Shown in pieces: positions 1-12,450 of a DNA stretch of 64,000 nt. The number at the start of each line of letters is the position of its first letter. The stretch's first letter is position 1. Under the pieces are notes generated by a model. The model was not told the origin of the DNA, did not search any database, and saw nothing but the letters and a program-made list of their open reading frames with translations. The position numbers and the translations under genes are program-made. This stretch comes from Eledone cirrhosa (lineage: Eukaryota): positions 37,076,001 to 37,140,000 of the forward strand of contig OZ024740.1 in NCBI GenBank assembly GCA_964016885.1, given 5' to 3'.

Positions 1-593
1 ATTTATAAGGGTGTGAAATTCTTTAAGTTTCTCGATATTTTCGTGTCAAAGGATGAAGCAATAATCTAGATATCGCTTCCAGTTCTTTTCTATGTATTAG
101 TGGAGAGTATTTCCAAATTTGTTTAGTACTTTAGTGTAGAGGGTGATTTCCAGGTATCCCACTTTTTTCACATAAAACAGGAAGAATTTCCAAAACTGAT
201 TAGATTAGAGCAAACATCACGAGCGCTCTATCTCAAAATTATTTTTGAAAACCATTAGAAATGCGCAACCGGTAAAAACTTAAAACTAAAACTGAATACT
301 AACCAATACTTATTACTAATTTATACTTATTCCTAATTAAACTATTTTTCACTGGGAAAAATTTGTCAGCATTTTCTTTTCCTTTTATTAATATATCACA
401 ACTCGTGTGTTACACCTCTATTTTTTTAAATATATATATATATATATATATTAAAGAGTTAAACAAGATTCAATGAGTACATCAAAGAATGAATTTTACA
501 GTAGATTGGAAGCACTCTACAGGAAAGTATTTTCCAGAGTTATTAATATTAAAATACAAATATTAATAAAATAGATGTTCTTTTGATCAATTA

Positions 594-648
594 CATTTTA
601 TTATACATATTTCAGAGATATAACAGTACGTCCTCATCAGACAAAATA
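594..648 (-). ncRNA. degenerate type I hammerhead ribozyme motif (Penelope-type)
   Basis: Minus strand reads ATTTTGT CTGATGA GGACGTACTGTTATATCTCT GAAA TATGTA TA ATAAAAT. Core and stem I are present; stem II looks partly deleted relative to the homologous motif at 25305. Confidence 0.5.
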
Positions 649-1347
649 TAATGATACATGACATACCCTGAGATGTTAAATGGTTAATATTTAATCAAGG
701 TAGTGAATAAGTTATGAGAAAACTCAACATTTATACCCTAATAATTAGAAAATGCGAAAACGTAATAGAATCAATAGAGAAGGTATGAGTAAGAAAACGT
801 TGCTTTAATGTAACAGTTATAGAGATTTTAAAATGTAGGATACTACTAATTATGATTGTAGAGGAAGACGTGTGTGGAGTTATATTTTATTACAATTTAT
901 GAAAGCTACCGATAGATAATTAAAGAGTGGGAGAGGTAAAGGGGAGTAATTTGTGCAAAAAAAGATGTTTCCCCATAGAGACTTAGCGGTTAAATTTCAA
1001 AATATTTAATTAATGTTATTTGAGGGTGAAGAATCAAAATTTTAGGTTTAAAAATTGATGGTTATTTATATTAATTTTATAAATTTTATGAAATTTTTTT
1101 AAAGTGTCACATTTCTAAAATTCTGAATTTATGAAAACAAAATTTTAAAGGATTAACTAGGCCCGCGAAAGAATAATATACACTGTTGAATATTCCCCCA
1201 AATGTAATCATTAACAAAATTACCTATAAGAGTGTCAACATTTTCGGTATGTAAAATTTAAGAAGTACTTACTGTTACAAATATCGAAGAATTTATTGTC
1301 GAGTAGATAGATTGTCAAAATATAATGATTAACGCAGAGTTTTCAGC

Positions 1348-1480
<133 letters not shown>

Positions 1481-1577
1481 CATTTATCGTAATAAATTAA
1501 TATTTATTATATTATAATCCTATATTAGTTCTACTTTTAAGGGGAGAATGAACTCTAAATAATTATTAAGTTATTGT

Positions 1578-1635
<58 letters not shown>

Positions 1636-1697
1636 TAAGGTAATGAATTCTTTTACAATGGAATCAGCTCGAATGAGGAAAAATATCCCCTGAGCAG

Positions 1698-2140
<443 letters not shown>

Positions 2141-2164
2141 CTGTTTACTCTTTTACCTATTCCA

Positions 2165-2450
2165 GCCATCTGGCTGCGGCCATGCTGAGGCACTGTCCTT
2201 GTTGCTACATTTTCTATATCCATACTGAGTTCGCTGGCAATTGATGTAGGAGGGAGTTCGTTGCTGCTGCACTTAGGTTATCTTCATCCCATGCTACGGG
2301 TTCATCTGGGATCCTGGATAGCAGAGTGTCAAGATCTTTCTTGAACGCATACATGTCCACACCATGCAGATCTCTCAATTTTCTTAGTAGCTTATTAAAA
2401 AGTTGAGGGCCTTTAAACCTTTTGCAATATCTACTCCTTACTCTAGATAT
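2165..2450 (-). mobile_element. CR1/L2-group LINE 3' fragment
   Basis: Minus translation RFKGPQLFNKL..LRDLHGVDMYAFKKDLDTLLSRIPDEP..AAATNSL resembles a CR1-like ORF2 C-terminus. Confidence 0.6.
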
Positions 2451-2753
2451 AACAAAAGTATGGCTATGGTCATCAAAAAATCATAACGTATGAGGCTGTT
2501 TGCTTGCAAACGAATCAATTATCATTATCATCGATATAAATCTCACGAATGCATTTATGTATCTACTATGCTAGGGCAAAAAATTTTGTTTATATATATA
2601 TATATATATAAGAAAATTGGGGTTTTTTTATTTTAAAAAAACGGAATGTCCAACACAGGTGAAACTATAAGGAAAAGAAATCGAAATTGCAACTGGAGTC
2701 TTTTCAAGAATATTTATTTATTTTAGACGTTCAATCATCTGACAGAAAGGTAC

Positions 2754-2796
2754 ACGATGCTGACGATAGCTAATAAGCTTGAAACTAGTACATCGT
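2754..2796 (+). ncRNA. type I minimal hammerhead ribozyme
   Basis: ACGATG CTGACGA TAGCT AATA AGCTT GAAAC TA GTA CATCGT: 6-bp stem I, CUGANGA and GAAA cores, palindromic stem III ACTAGT, predicted GUA cleavage after 2790. Stem I extends via CTGACA/TGTCAG and GTTCA/TGAAC. Confidence 0.8.
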
Positions 2797-3206
2797 TCCT
2801 GTGTCAGTGCTGAACAAAAGGGCGACGATGGTTGCCGAGCACTGTACGGCGTAATTCGGGCTGTTTGTTTACAAACAAACCGAACATTATAATAAATGTT
2901 CGGTAAACCCATACGTACATATATATATATATATATATGTGTGCATGTATGTATGTATGTATGTATATATATATATATACTACTGTGCGTCTGTACACAT
3001 ATATGTATGTACGTATACATACTTATATTTAGGTATCAGCCGTACTTAGAGTGAGAAATGAAATTTCGTTTCATTCTTTTCCATTTATCGTTTTCGGTAT
3101 GCCCGGCCGACTAACTCACTCGATATGCAAATTAGGCTGCTCAGCCGTTAATATGCATAAGGAAAGTATATACTTTCAGACGTTCAATCATCTGACAGAA
3201 AGGTAA

Positions 3207-3249
3207 ACGATGCTGACGATAGCTAATAAGCTTGAAACTAGTACACCGT
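3207..3249 (+). ncRNA. type I minimal hammerhead ribozyme (second copy)
   Basis: Same motif with one stem I mismatch (CACCGT); predicted cleavage after 3243. Confidence 0.75.
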
Positions 3250-3517
3250 TCCTGTGTCAGTGTTGAACAAAAGGGCGACGATGGTTGCCGAGCACTGTAC
3301 GGCGTAATTCGGGCTGTTTGTTTACAAACAAACCGAACATTATAATAAATGTTCGGTAAACCCATACGTACATATATATATATGTGTGCATGTATGTATA
3401 TATATACATACTACTGTGCGTCTGTACACATATATTTATGTACGTATACGTACTTATACTTAGGTATCAGCCGTATTAAGAGTGAGAAATGAAATTTCGT
3501 TTCATTCTTTTCCATTT

Positions 3518-3746
3518 ATTTATTTCCTTTTTTCTTATTTCCAGTTCTTAAGTTTTTCAAAATATAATTGAGATGGAAGGTTTGTAGTTTGTCCCGCATC
3601 TTCAGAGACAAATTTGCGAAACGAACCACAAACCCTCCATATCAATTATACTTTTGAAAAACCTAAGAACTGGAAATAAGAAAGAAAAAAATAAATAAAT
3701 ATTCTTAAAAAGACTCCAGTTGCATTTTCGATTTCTTTTCCTTATA
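3518..3746. repeat. imperfect inverted repeats flanking the hammerhead tandem
   Basis: 3518-3592 pairs with 3618-3700; 3690-3746 is the reverse complement of ~2666-2724. Confidence 0.75.
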
Positions 3747-3750
3747 TATA

Positions 3751-4274
3751 TGTAGTGACCTACATTCCGCGGGCTCACATACATTCTCTGTGCGTGATTT
3801 GGCTCAGCTCAGCCAATCAGCGCCAGTAGAAGAGGATGTATCCCTACGCGTTCTGAGGGAGAAATAGCCCGCAAAGATTTGAGGACGCTATCACTCGCAG
3901 CTGGACCATGCTAAGGTAAAACACGCTTGTTCTTTTGCTCCGTAAGCACAAACAATATGTAACGACAAAACATTACCTACGAGCCTGGCCAAACGCCTTC
4001 AGCCAGTCGCCCGTATTTTCTCTTGTAATCTTAACTGATTTGTTTCATTTCTCCTGGCATGCCAGCCTAATTCACTTCTTAACCTTGGTTAATAAAGAAT
4101 GTAAAAACAATCTAAATTCGTTGTCGATATTCCTATCATATCTTTCTACCAAACTGGTGGTTCCTCGTGGCAACATTACAACTCTCTAAATACTTCTCCG
4201 CTAAATTGGTGACAACACTCTATCTACCAAATTGGTGACTTATATTCAACAAAGAGAAACATTCTTTTCCTTTA
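3751..4274 (+). repeat. 5' LTR
   Basis: Direct repeat of 6031-6545; about 7 substitutions and 2 indels by eye. Confidence 0.85.
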
Positions 4275-4275
4275 T

Positions 4276-4290
4276 TGGCGACCCTCGACG
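4276..4290 (+). promoter_or_regulatory. primer binding site (probably tRNA-Arg)
   Basis: TGGCGACCC lies 1 nt after the LTR and is complementary to a tRNA ending GGGUCG-CCA. Confidence 0.6.
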
Positions 4291-6030
4291 ATTAAGAATG
4301 AAAACGTAGCCTTTTTCGTTTTAACAGCAATGTGGAATGGCTTAACATTTAGAATGTTCGAATCGGGTGGCTAGACTCACTTAGCGTAAGTCCATAAAAT
4401 TCATAATATTCCATTTGTTGAAGCACGCATACAGACGAACACAAAAATACAACACAAAAAAAAAATTAATTAAAAAAAAAAGGAATTCTCTGGATGTGGA
4501 ATTTTGCTTTCGGCGTTCTGTTGAAATTACAAATGGAGACTCAGAAATTTTGTTTTCCCGCGTACAGCTTGTCTTCTCCAATCCCAGCCGTCTGATTGGC
4601 TGCATCGTGCCACATGACGGCTTCTTCATCACAGGCGCATTTTTCAATCGGCCATCTTGCCGAATAATTTTCATGGAGAATAATTTTTTTTGTTGTTCGA
4701 ATTTTCTTTCGAATATTTTTAGAAAAAAAATTAGCAGTATTTCAAAAACTTTACGCCACGAGGAAATTTCAAAACGGCTACCACCAAGTACCAGCCATCG
4801 GCAGCAACACATGGCTAACTATTAACCAACACCAGGAAACGGCTTGTAACTTTACCGACGCAACCACCATACCTTCTGTCTCGTTACCACAAGGACTCGA
4901 GAAATTAAGACATTAGTTTTCTCACCATTATGGCTTCATACGTGGCTACCATGTTGGTGACGCTAGGTTCTTCAACGCCCGACTTCTACTCTACAGAAGA
5001 TTCATTGTGACTTTGCTTTAACAACAACAACAACTCTACTAGCTTCCTAGTAAGAGCGTTCTCAAAGAAAAAAGAAGCGAACTTTTTGTTAAAAGAAAAG
5101 AAACAATTCTTTCTTTATTTCTTTTTTTTTTTCAGGCATTTATTTTGGACATTTATTTTTTTTTAAACTGTGTTATATGAAAATTCATTTCTCACTATCA
5201 TTGTATATGTGACCGCACGCACACATTTTTTTTGCTGTATTACATGCCTGCATATATACACACACCAACATGTTGTTGTCTATGGTATGTGATCTTCAAG
5301 CGTCGTAATATTCTGCGAGATCCCTTTCACCTTCTGGAGGTACCAAAACATGCTATCGACACTTGCAGCTTAATTCAGCTGCACCGCAACACGAGTATGC
5401 TAATTGCAGCTGAACTCAAACAGTTTCGCATCTCGTTGCACATTCATCGTCCATAACAACCTCTATCTTGTTATTTTACCCAAATCACCGGGAAAACAAC
5501 AAATAGAACTGGACTTGTCAGCATTTCCACCACTTCTGTGGATTCGCCCGAATTGTGGGACTGCAACCCCCCTAAAGATTCAGCTTACTTTTTTTTCTTA
5601 TCAAAGCAACCAGCCATTTTTTCCTGGCTCCCTAGCACATTCGGCAATACATCTGGGAGGCCAACATTTTCTCGCCTACCCATCATCTTCTTGCCAGCAG
5701 TGGTAAACTACCATAATAGCTTCGTCCACAGCTACTGGTACAACACTTACCATTAACATTTAATGCAAGAACAGCAACTTCGCCCATGTCAGACTTTATC
5801 TGTTTTCTGGTAGACCTTTGGTGGTCACGTATAAACTACAAAACAGCTAGTCATTTGACAGCGGCTCAACACAGCCCGTCGCGCCTCATTTTTTTTCTTG
5901 CATGCATCTTTCTGCTCAATTATTTTTTCACTGATGTGCTCTTTCAGCATTTGTTCTTGCTGATTCAATAATCTGTGGGTCCTCGGCTTCATCATTAACG
6001 ATTTTCGGCTAAAAATCTGCTCGGAGATGA

Positions 6031-6543
6031 TGTAGTGACCTACATTCCGCGGGCTCACATACATTCTCTGTGCGTGATTTGGCTCAGCTCAGCCAATCAG
6101 CGCCAGTAGAAGAGGATGTATCCCTACGCGTTCTGAGGGAGAAATAGCTCGCAAAGATTTGAGGACGCTATCACTCACAGCTGGACCATGCTAAGGTAAA
6201 ACACGCTTGTTCTTTTGCTCCATAAGCACAAACAATATGTAACGACAAAACATTACCTACGAGCCTGGCCAAACGCCTTCAGCCAGTCGCCCGTATTTAC
6301 TCTTGTAATCTTAATTGATTTGTTTCATTTCTCCTGGCATGCCAGCCTAATTCACTTCTTAACCTTGGTTAATAAAGAATGTAAAAACAAGCTAAAGTCG
6401 TTGTCGATATTCCTATCATATCTTTCTACCAAAACTGGTGGCAACATTACAACTCTCTAAATACTTCTCCGCTAAATTGGTGACAACACTCTATCTACCA
6501 AATTGGTGACTTATATTCAACAAAGAGAAACATTCTTTTCCTT

Positions 6544-6545
<2 letters not shown>
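6031..6545 (+). repeat. 3' LTR
   Basis: Direct repeat of 3751-4274; ends TTTA and runs into (TA)n. Confidence 0.85.
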
Positions 6546-6575
<30 letters not shown>

Positions 6576-7149
6576 GAGAAGAAAGAATACTGTGTGGTTG
6601 CACATGGGTTACATATGATAAAAATAGTCCTTCGTCAGTGATTTTCCAACCTTCTTTGGTATTTCATCGCTTTAAAAATCATATACCTCCGGTTGGTGCG
6701 AGCAATAGCTAAATAAACCTATTTGGGACAAGTAAATCGCGTAAAGCGAGTGAGACAAGTAAACAACATAGAAGGATGAAAGCAACGCAAAGATAGGAAA
6801 GAACAAGCAACATGGTTATCCGGTCAGCATAAGCTGGGTGGATTTCACGAGCGAGCGTGATACAGACCATCCCACGTGAGTGAGATGTGAGCAAGAAGAG
6901 AACCCACTACAAGCCAAACGGAAGGAAGTGAGAAGGGGAGAAACAGAGAGTGAGTGAGTGGAAGTGCGAGGAAGAGGTCAGTCGAGAGAAAGTGTAACTG
7001 ACAGAGGGGGCGAAAGAAGGTGAGAGAAAGAGAGAGAGCGGGTAAGCAGTAAGAGAGAAACAGACATACGCAGCCGAGGTAAATATATATAAAAAACATG
7101 AGAAGAAAGAATACTGCGTGGTTGCATATGGGTTACATATGATAAATAA

Positions 7150-7255
<106 letters not shown>

Positions 7256-7404
7256 GCAGCTATATATAAATATGTATATAATGTAGATAATAATAAATGT
7301 TACCCAATTACAAATATGAAAATAGGTTAAGGTAAAATAACAAGTATACTACAGAGCCGAAATATAATGTAAATGACAATCAAAGAGTGTTTAAAACATT
7401 TAAT

Positions 7405-7457
7405 CACTTACGATCGTTTCATCCTAACATACCACAAGACCGTGTTCATCGGAGTAT
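7405..7457 (-). ncRNA. degenerate hammerhead motif
   Basis: Minus: TACT CCGATGA ... GAAAC GATC GTA AGTG. Same GAAACGATCGTA arm as 13497-13508, but with a core U4C change and a broken stem II. Confidence 0.4.
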
Positions 7458-7569
7458 ACCACAAAGTTAAAATACAAATATAATATCAAAACTTTGTCAC
7501 AAGAACATTAGGAGGATACATAATATGGGAGGCTAGATAAGCATAAGTATCAACATTTATATAAGATAA

Positions 7570-8215
7570 CAGAGTCTCTGATGTTGTTGGGTGCCACGAG
7601 AGTTTCACCTGAAAGAAGGGAGTATGGGAGTTTCAGGGTATTCTCTTTTCCAAAGTGGATTAACTCAAATTTATCCTCGTTCAGCAGCATATTGTTCTTT
7701 CCCGCCCAGTAGGTCTGACTGAAGGCATTTCCGGTTACCCACTTCATTGATGACCTTCTGGAGCTTGGAATCATCTGAAAAGATGTTTATGTTGCAGTGC
7801 TTGGTGATGTCAGTAATGTCATTAATGTAGATGATGAAAAGAAGTGGGATCAACACACTGCCTTGCGGAACGCCACTGCTGCCTTTGGCTGGGCCTAATT
7901 TTACTCCTTCGACTACAACATATTGGGCTCTGTCTGTCAGGAAACATTTGATCCATTGCAGTAACTTTCCAGAGACATCAATGTTGGATAGTTTTTTTCA
8001 ATAGAATCTTATGATCAACCCTGTCAAATGCCTTGGTGAAATCAAGGTAGATGACATCAGTGTTGGAGCCCTCTCCCAGAGATCTCAAATGTTATCAAAG
8101 TGATGCAGCAGCTGCGTTAGGCAGTCTTTACATTACGGAACCCATGTTGGTTGGAGTTCAGCAAATTGTTGCTTTCAAGAAAGTGGGTTATTCGTGATCT
8201 CACCACCCTCTAAAG
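7570..8215 (-). pseudogene. CR1/L2-group LINE reverse transcriptase fragment
   Basis: DVIYLDFTKAFDRV, SGVPQGSVLIPLLFIIYIND, IFSDDSK, LNEDKFELIHFG; frameshifted. Confidence 0.85.
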
Positions 8216-8620
8216 GTCTGTTCCTTTTCGCCTTCCCTACGTGAATGCATACTGGTTACAGATATGACCGACTGTGATTGGCAGATCCACCAACAGTAAC
8301 TGCAGGAAAATATGTTTGTGTTGTGTTTGGCTCCGCCCAGACACCGCCCGTTCTGTCGCTCTCCTCTCCACTAGGCTGACACGACGGTTTGCTTCAAATG
8401 TGCTGGTGGCCTGCCAGATGGTGCGACGCCAAGCATTGCGGTCAGCAGCCTGGGTAGGTCACTTGAGGAGGTCGATATTACAAACTTTCAAGGTCTTTTT
8501 ATAGCACTTCTTTGCATCGCTTCTTCGGCGCACCGCTGTTTCGACACCCAGAAAACAATCCCCTTGGAGTACGAACTTTGGCAGGCGATGGTCTGCTATT
8601 CTGGCGATATACCCCGCCCA
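8216..8620 (-). mobile_element. RTE-clade LINE 3' fragment
   Basis: WAGHIARIADHRLPK..AADRNAWRRTIW..FEANRR, typical of an RTE C-terminus. Confidence 0.65.
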
Positions 8621-9929
8621 TATATATAATATATTGACGGGGTATATATATATATATAATATATATGTGTCTGTGTGTGTGTATGTGCTTATAGGCTGTC
8701 GCTTATAACACCTTTAAAACAACTGTAAAATGTATGTTTAAGATAAGGTACATCACCATACATGCATACATGTATCACATGTACACTTAAACATATCTTT
8801 GCACATTATTCCGTGACCCATTAATATTACACATTCTAATATCTACGTCCTTAAAATATTTCATATCTTACAAGACGACAGACAGCTTATCAATCCTTAT
8901 CTATAATTCAGACTAGACTACCTACTTAGAAATATTGATTTCTATTTAGTAGGTTCTAAACCACATAAACGCCTACTGGCACACATAGATATACTCACGT
9001 GTGTGTGTGGGGGGGGGGGGGGTGTAATCAGGTTGCTCTTCAGCGCTACTTGTAACATGTTGCCCATTACAACCTGTACATGGTCGAGTCGTCGGCGACT
9101 AAGCCGGCAAACCAACTAAGCTTGTTTGGTGAGGAGGGTGACTTTGGACAGCCTGTGGGATGAAAAACAAAACCCGCCAAAAGGGCAGGGGAACTCTGGA
9201 GAGACGACGGCCATCCAATAAAGATTTTTTTTTTTTTTTTGAGCGACAAACTCCTAGACTTCACTAAGACATTTCTCTAGGAGAAGGTCACTCCGATATA
9301 AACCCTGCATCCAATGATGTAAATCAGTTCTTCTTTTTGGACACATGCATTCGATGTTCAGAGAGTGGGATTGGTCTCATGCAAAGCCTTTTCACACTTA
9401 AAAAAAGCTTCAGACACAGCATCGCTTGATACGTGACATGTTTTGCAGTGCATGGTATTGCTGGCCATAGGCAAGTCCCTTGTGGGACTAAAAGGCAACG
9501 TCCATGATGCTTATTATGCTTAAGTATCAAGCGATGGCATTACTCGAAATCGTATTGCAGCCATCATGTATGTATGTATGCATGCATGTATGTATGTATG
9601 CAGGCATGCATGTATGTATGTACACGTGTGTGTGTATGTGCAGGGATGGGTGTCATTGCATGTGTGGATTTATATGTTTTGAGTTATATATGCACGCACC
9701 CACACATGTTTCTGTATCTATACGAGTGTATATGCAGTTGTTACATGCTAAATTTCTGAAATGTTTTACATATTTTTACAGTTCCATTAATGAACTGTAT
9801 TTGCAATTACCTAATTACCTTTGCTCGCAGCTTCTGAAGATTTGTACTGATGCAGTTAGAAAATTGTACAAGCGCCCCCAATTACCACAGGTACAAATCT
9901 AAAGGTATAATCAGGGTGGAGTGTCTGCA

Positions 9930-10560
9930 GATTCCTTCTTATTTCAGCATAAATCTTCTTTTCGCAAATATTTAACACTATATTAACATCTGCTGGGCAG
10001 CGAATTTCCATTACAGTGCGTGCCTTTTTTTCTCTGTCTCATATCATTATGTCTGGTCTGTTATATTTACAACTTATTTGGATTTTAACTGGAACATTCC
10101 ATCAATTCTCTTTCATATAATGTGTGCACATATATATTTTTATCCTCGGGACTACCTTACGAATTGCGTTGTATAGTGTTTTGGCCAGTAAATCATGCCT
10201 GCTATGTAGATAGTATGGTAATGACATCTTCGATCAGCTGCTTATGATGTGGGTTACATGCCTGATGTTTATTCCGCAGAGTCTGCATCTGTTGTTACAT
10301 CTAGGTGTCTTGCCTGCATCTCTGCCTCTTTTGTGCATCAGGTATTTCGTTGTTATCCCCTGTTCCTGCATCCAAAAGTGCGGAACAGAATTGAATGCTT
10401 CCTTCCAATCCAGCTATATTGTTCCTCCTATATCGCTGCACCTCTGGCATAGCAGTTTCATTAATTAGGAGTTGCTCAACACACCCATAAACTCTGTTCT
10501 TCCCAGCTGCTTGCTCCTCTGTGATGATTTTGTTATTGTGACAGTAATCCTGAAGGTTCA
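9930..10560 (-). pseudogene. degraded R4/Dong-like (RT + RLE) fragment
   Basis: IITEEQAAGK..GCVEQLLIN (RT motifs) and YNRPDIMI (RLE PD motif), with large internal deletions. Confidence 0.65.
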
Positions 10561-10719
10561 GACAGGCTGTATACATATTATACATTAGGTTCTGGAGGTT
10601 CTGGCATTCAATAAGTCGATAGTTTTTTGCAAAGTGGGTTTCTTTGTATAGATATTGTACAGTCGTTGCTGGGTCATATAGACAAAACGTTAATTTATTC
10701 AAAATATAGAGACATTAAT

Positions 10720-10901
10720 TGTTTCTACTTTAGGCACAAGGCCAGCAATTACCCAGTACATTACTGGTACTTTATTTTATCGACCCCGTAAGGATGAAAG
10801 GCAAAGTTAACCTCGGCCGGATTTGAACTCAGATCATAAAGGGCCGTAACTCTATGCTGCAAAGCATGGCATCTGACCCTCTACCGATACTGCCAATCCA
10901 C
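10720..10901 (-). mobile_element. tRNA-derived SINE (Meta-domain-like core)
   Basis: B box GAGTTCAAATCC, core CTTTGCCTTTCATCCTTACGGGGTCGATAAAATAAAGTACCAG, and TSD AGACATTAAT at 10710-10719 and 10902-10911. Confidence 0.85.
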
Positions 10902-11225
10902 AGACATTAATGTGCTGTAAATATTCACCTCCAATTTCGTTGATAGCGAATAAAGTTTCTTTATTCGGCGTTTTGTTTAATAACGTCAAATGCTGTGTCT
11001 CTTTAAACGGAAGTTTTAAACATAAATTAATTTCTTTTTGAAATGTTTCACTAAGGATACATTTCAATTGTTTGGAACTCTTCATTTTACCAGCTAATGG
11101 TAGACTCGTTACCGCGATGGTATTTTGACGTTGATGGTCAACGTGACTGCGAAGTAATATAGCAGTCGTGTTAAAGTCTCTTATGATACGTGGTTTTAAA
11201 TTAGTTGCTTGCAGGTCTCACTTAA

Positions 11226-11481
11226 CCCTTTAACATTTACATTACTCTATATTTACTATTGTATTTTCATGGTAAACACTTTATTTCACATAATTATCTT
11301 ACATAATTATCTCACATAATATCGAACATATGAGATTTTTATATTATATATTATATAGATTTTTATATTTTATATCATATATAAAACGTTAACATAAGTA
11401 TGTGTGGTTAGTTACAGCTGGTTTGAACAGAAAGAGGTGAGAGAATTCTGGCCGGATATGGCCGGTTTAAATACTAAAGGG
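11226..11481. mobile_element. piggyBac-type MITE
   Basis: TTAA on both sides; TIRs CCCTTTAACATTTA / TAAATACTAAAGGG (12 of 14 match). Confidence 0.75.
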
Positions 11482-12397
11482 TTAAATTAATGATCCTGTA
11501 TTGTTTTTTCTTGATGGTAAGCCTGACTACGAAGTAACGTAGTAGCAACAGGACAGTCTGTTGTGTTGTGTTGATCCAAAGTAAAAGGCGTTTATCAAGA
11601 TTGGTTACTTTCTTTTGGTTAGCTGGATTTCCATGGTATTGTGTAGAAGTTCGGCTTCCAGGAGTGAACATCAATGTCTTGAAGCGATTGCCAACGAAAG
11701 GGTCTACGTGATGTTTATACTCTACTAATGGACAAATATAGATATATAAAAAGTACATGATAAAATGACAAGTCAGTCAATCATATTGATGGCCTCCTCA
11801 CAGCCCCGGCGAACAGAATGGAGAAGGCGAGGCAAGGGGGACGCGCTGTGTTGATTGCATATCTGATCTAGGAGAATGTCCATATAGTGTGGTTATTTAT
11901 GGAATTTTCACACTTTGAGATATGAAATGTCAAACGTAAATATTTATCATAGTTATTTTGAAGAATATTTACGTTTGACAAAGGCTTTGGCGAAATTATT
12001 TAGCTATGAAATAATTTAGCTCTGAATGAAATCCATCCTAATGTAATAAAGATATCTTTTCCTGCCATTTTATAATAATTTAATAGATCGTTATTGAGTT
12101 CGTAGCTCCAGGAAAACTATAAATTATATTTTTCCGTTTCTTTGGTTTATCTTTCCCGCTGTTGTTTTTTTGCATTCTTCAGTAGTGTTGTTGACGTTGA
12201 TGTTGTGGTGTCCAGTCATATTGTTGTAGCAAATCCTTGTAAGGTGATCCTACTTTTGAGCCAGGTACCTCGCATATCATATGTACGACTGCTAACTTCA
12301 CGTGTCTATATATGTATGTATATGAGTGCGTGTGAGTGTATATATATATATATATCAACATCATCGTTTCACGTCCATTATTCCACGCTAACATGGG

Positions 12398-12446
<49 letters not shown>

Positions 12447-12450
<4 letters not shown>

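Larger units (their letters stand above)
2725..3518 (+). repeat. tandem duplication (~450 bp period), one hammerhead per unit; retrozyme/Penelope pLTR-like
   Basis: 2725-3088 matches 3178-3518 nearly identically. Confidence 0.85.
3751..6545 (+). mobile_element. non-autonomous LTR retrotransposon (Gypsy-like) inserted in (TA)n
   Basis: Two ~520 bp direct repeats starting TGTAGTG, a PBS-like TGGCGACCC right after the first, a purine-rich GGAGATGA before the second, no gag/pol ORF, and TA repeats on both flanks. Confidence 0.8.

Noticed and set aside
4381-5971. ORFs inside the LTR element
   Set aside because: No gag, protease, RT or integrase motifs recognised.
6562-7147. CTGACGA (minus, 6632-6638) within a segment bounded by ~60 bp direct repeats
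   Set aside because: No downstream GAAA. Probably a PLE-like remnant but unsupported.
9020-9310. Possible RTE-type 5' UTR
   Set aside because: Impression only; no ORF or motif support.
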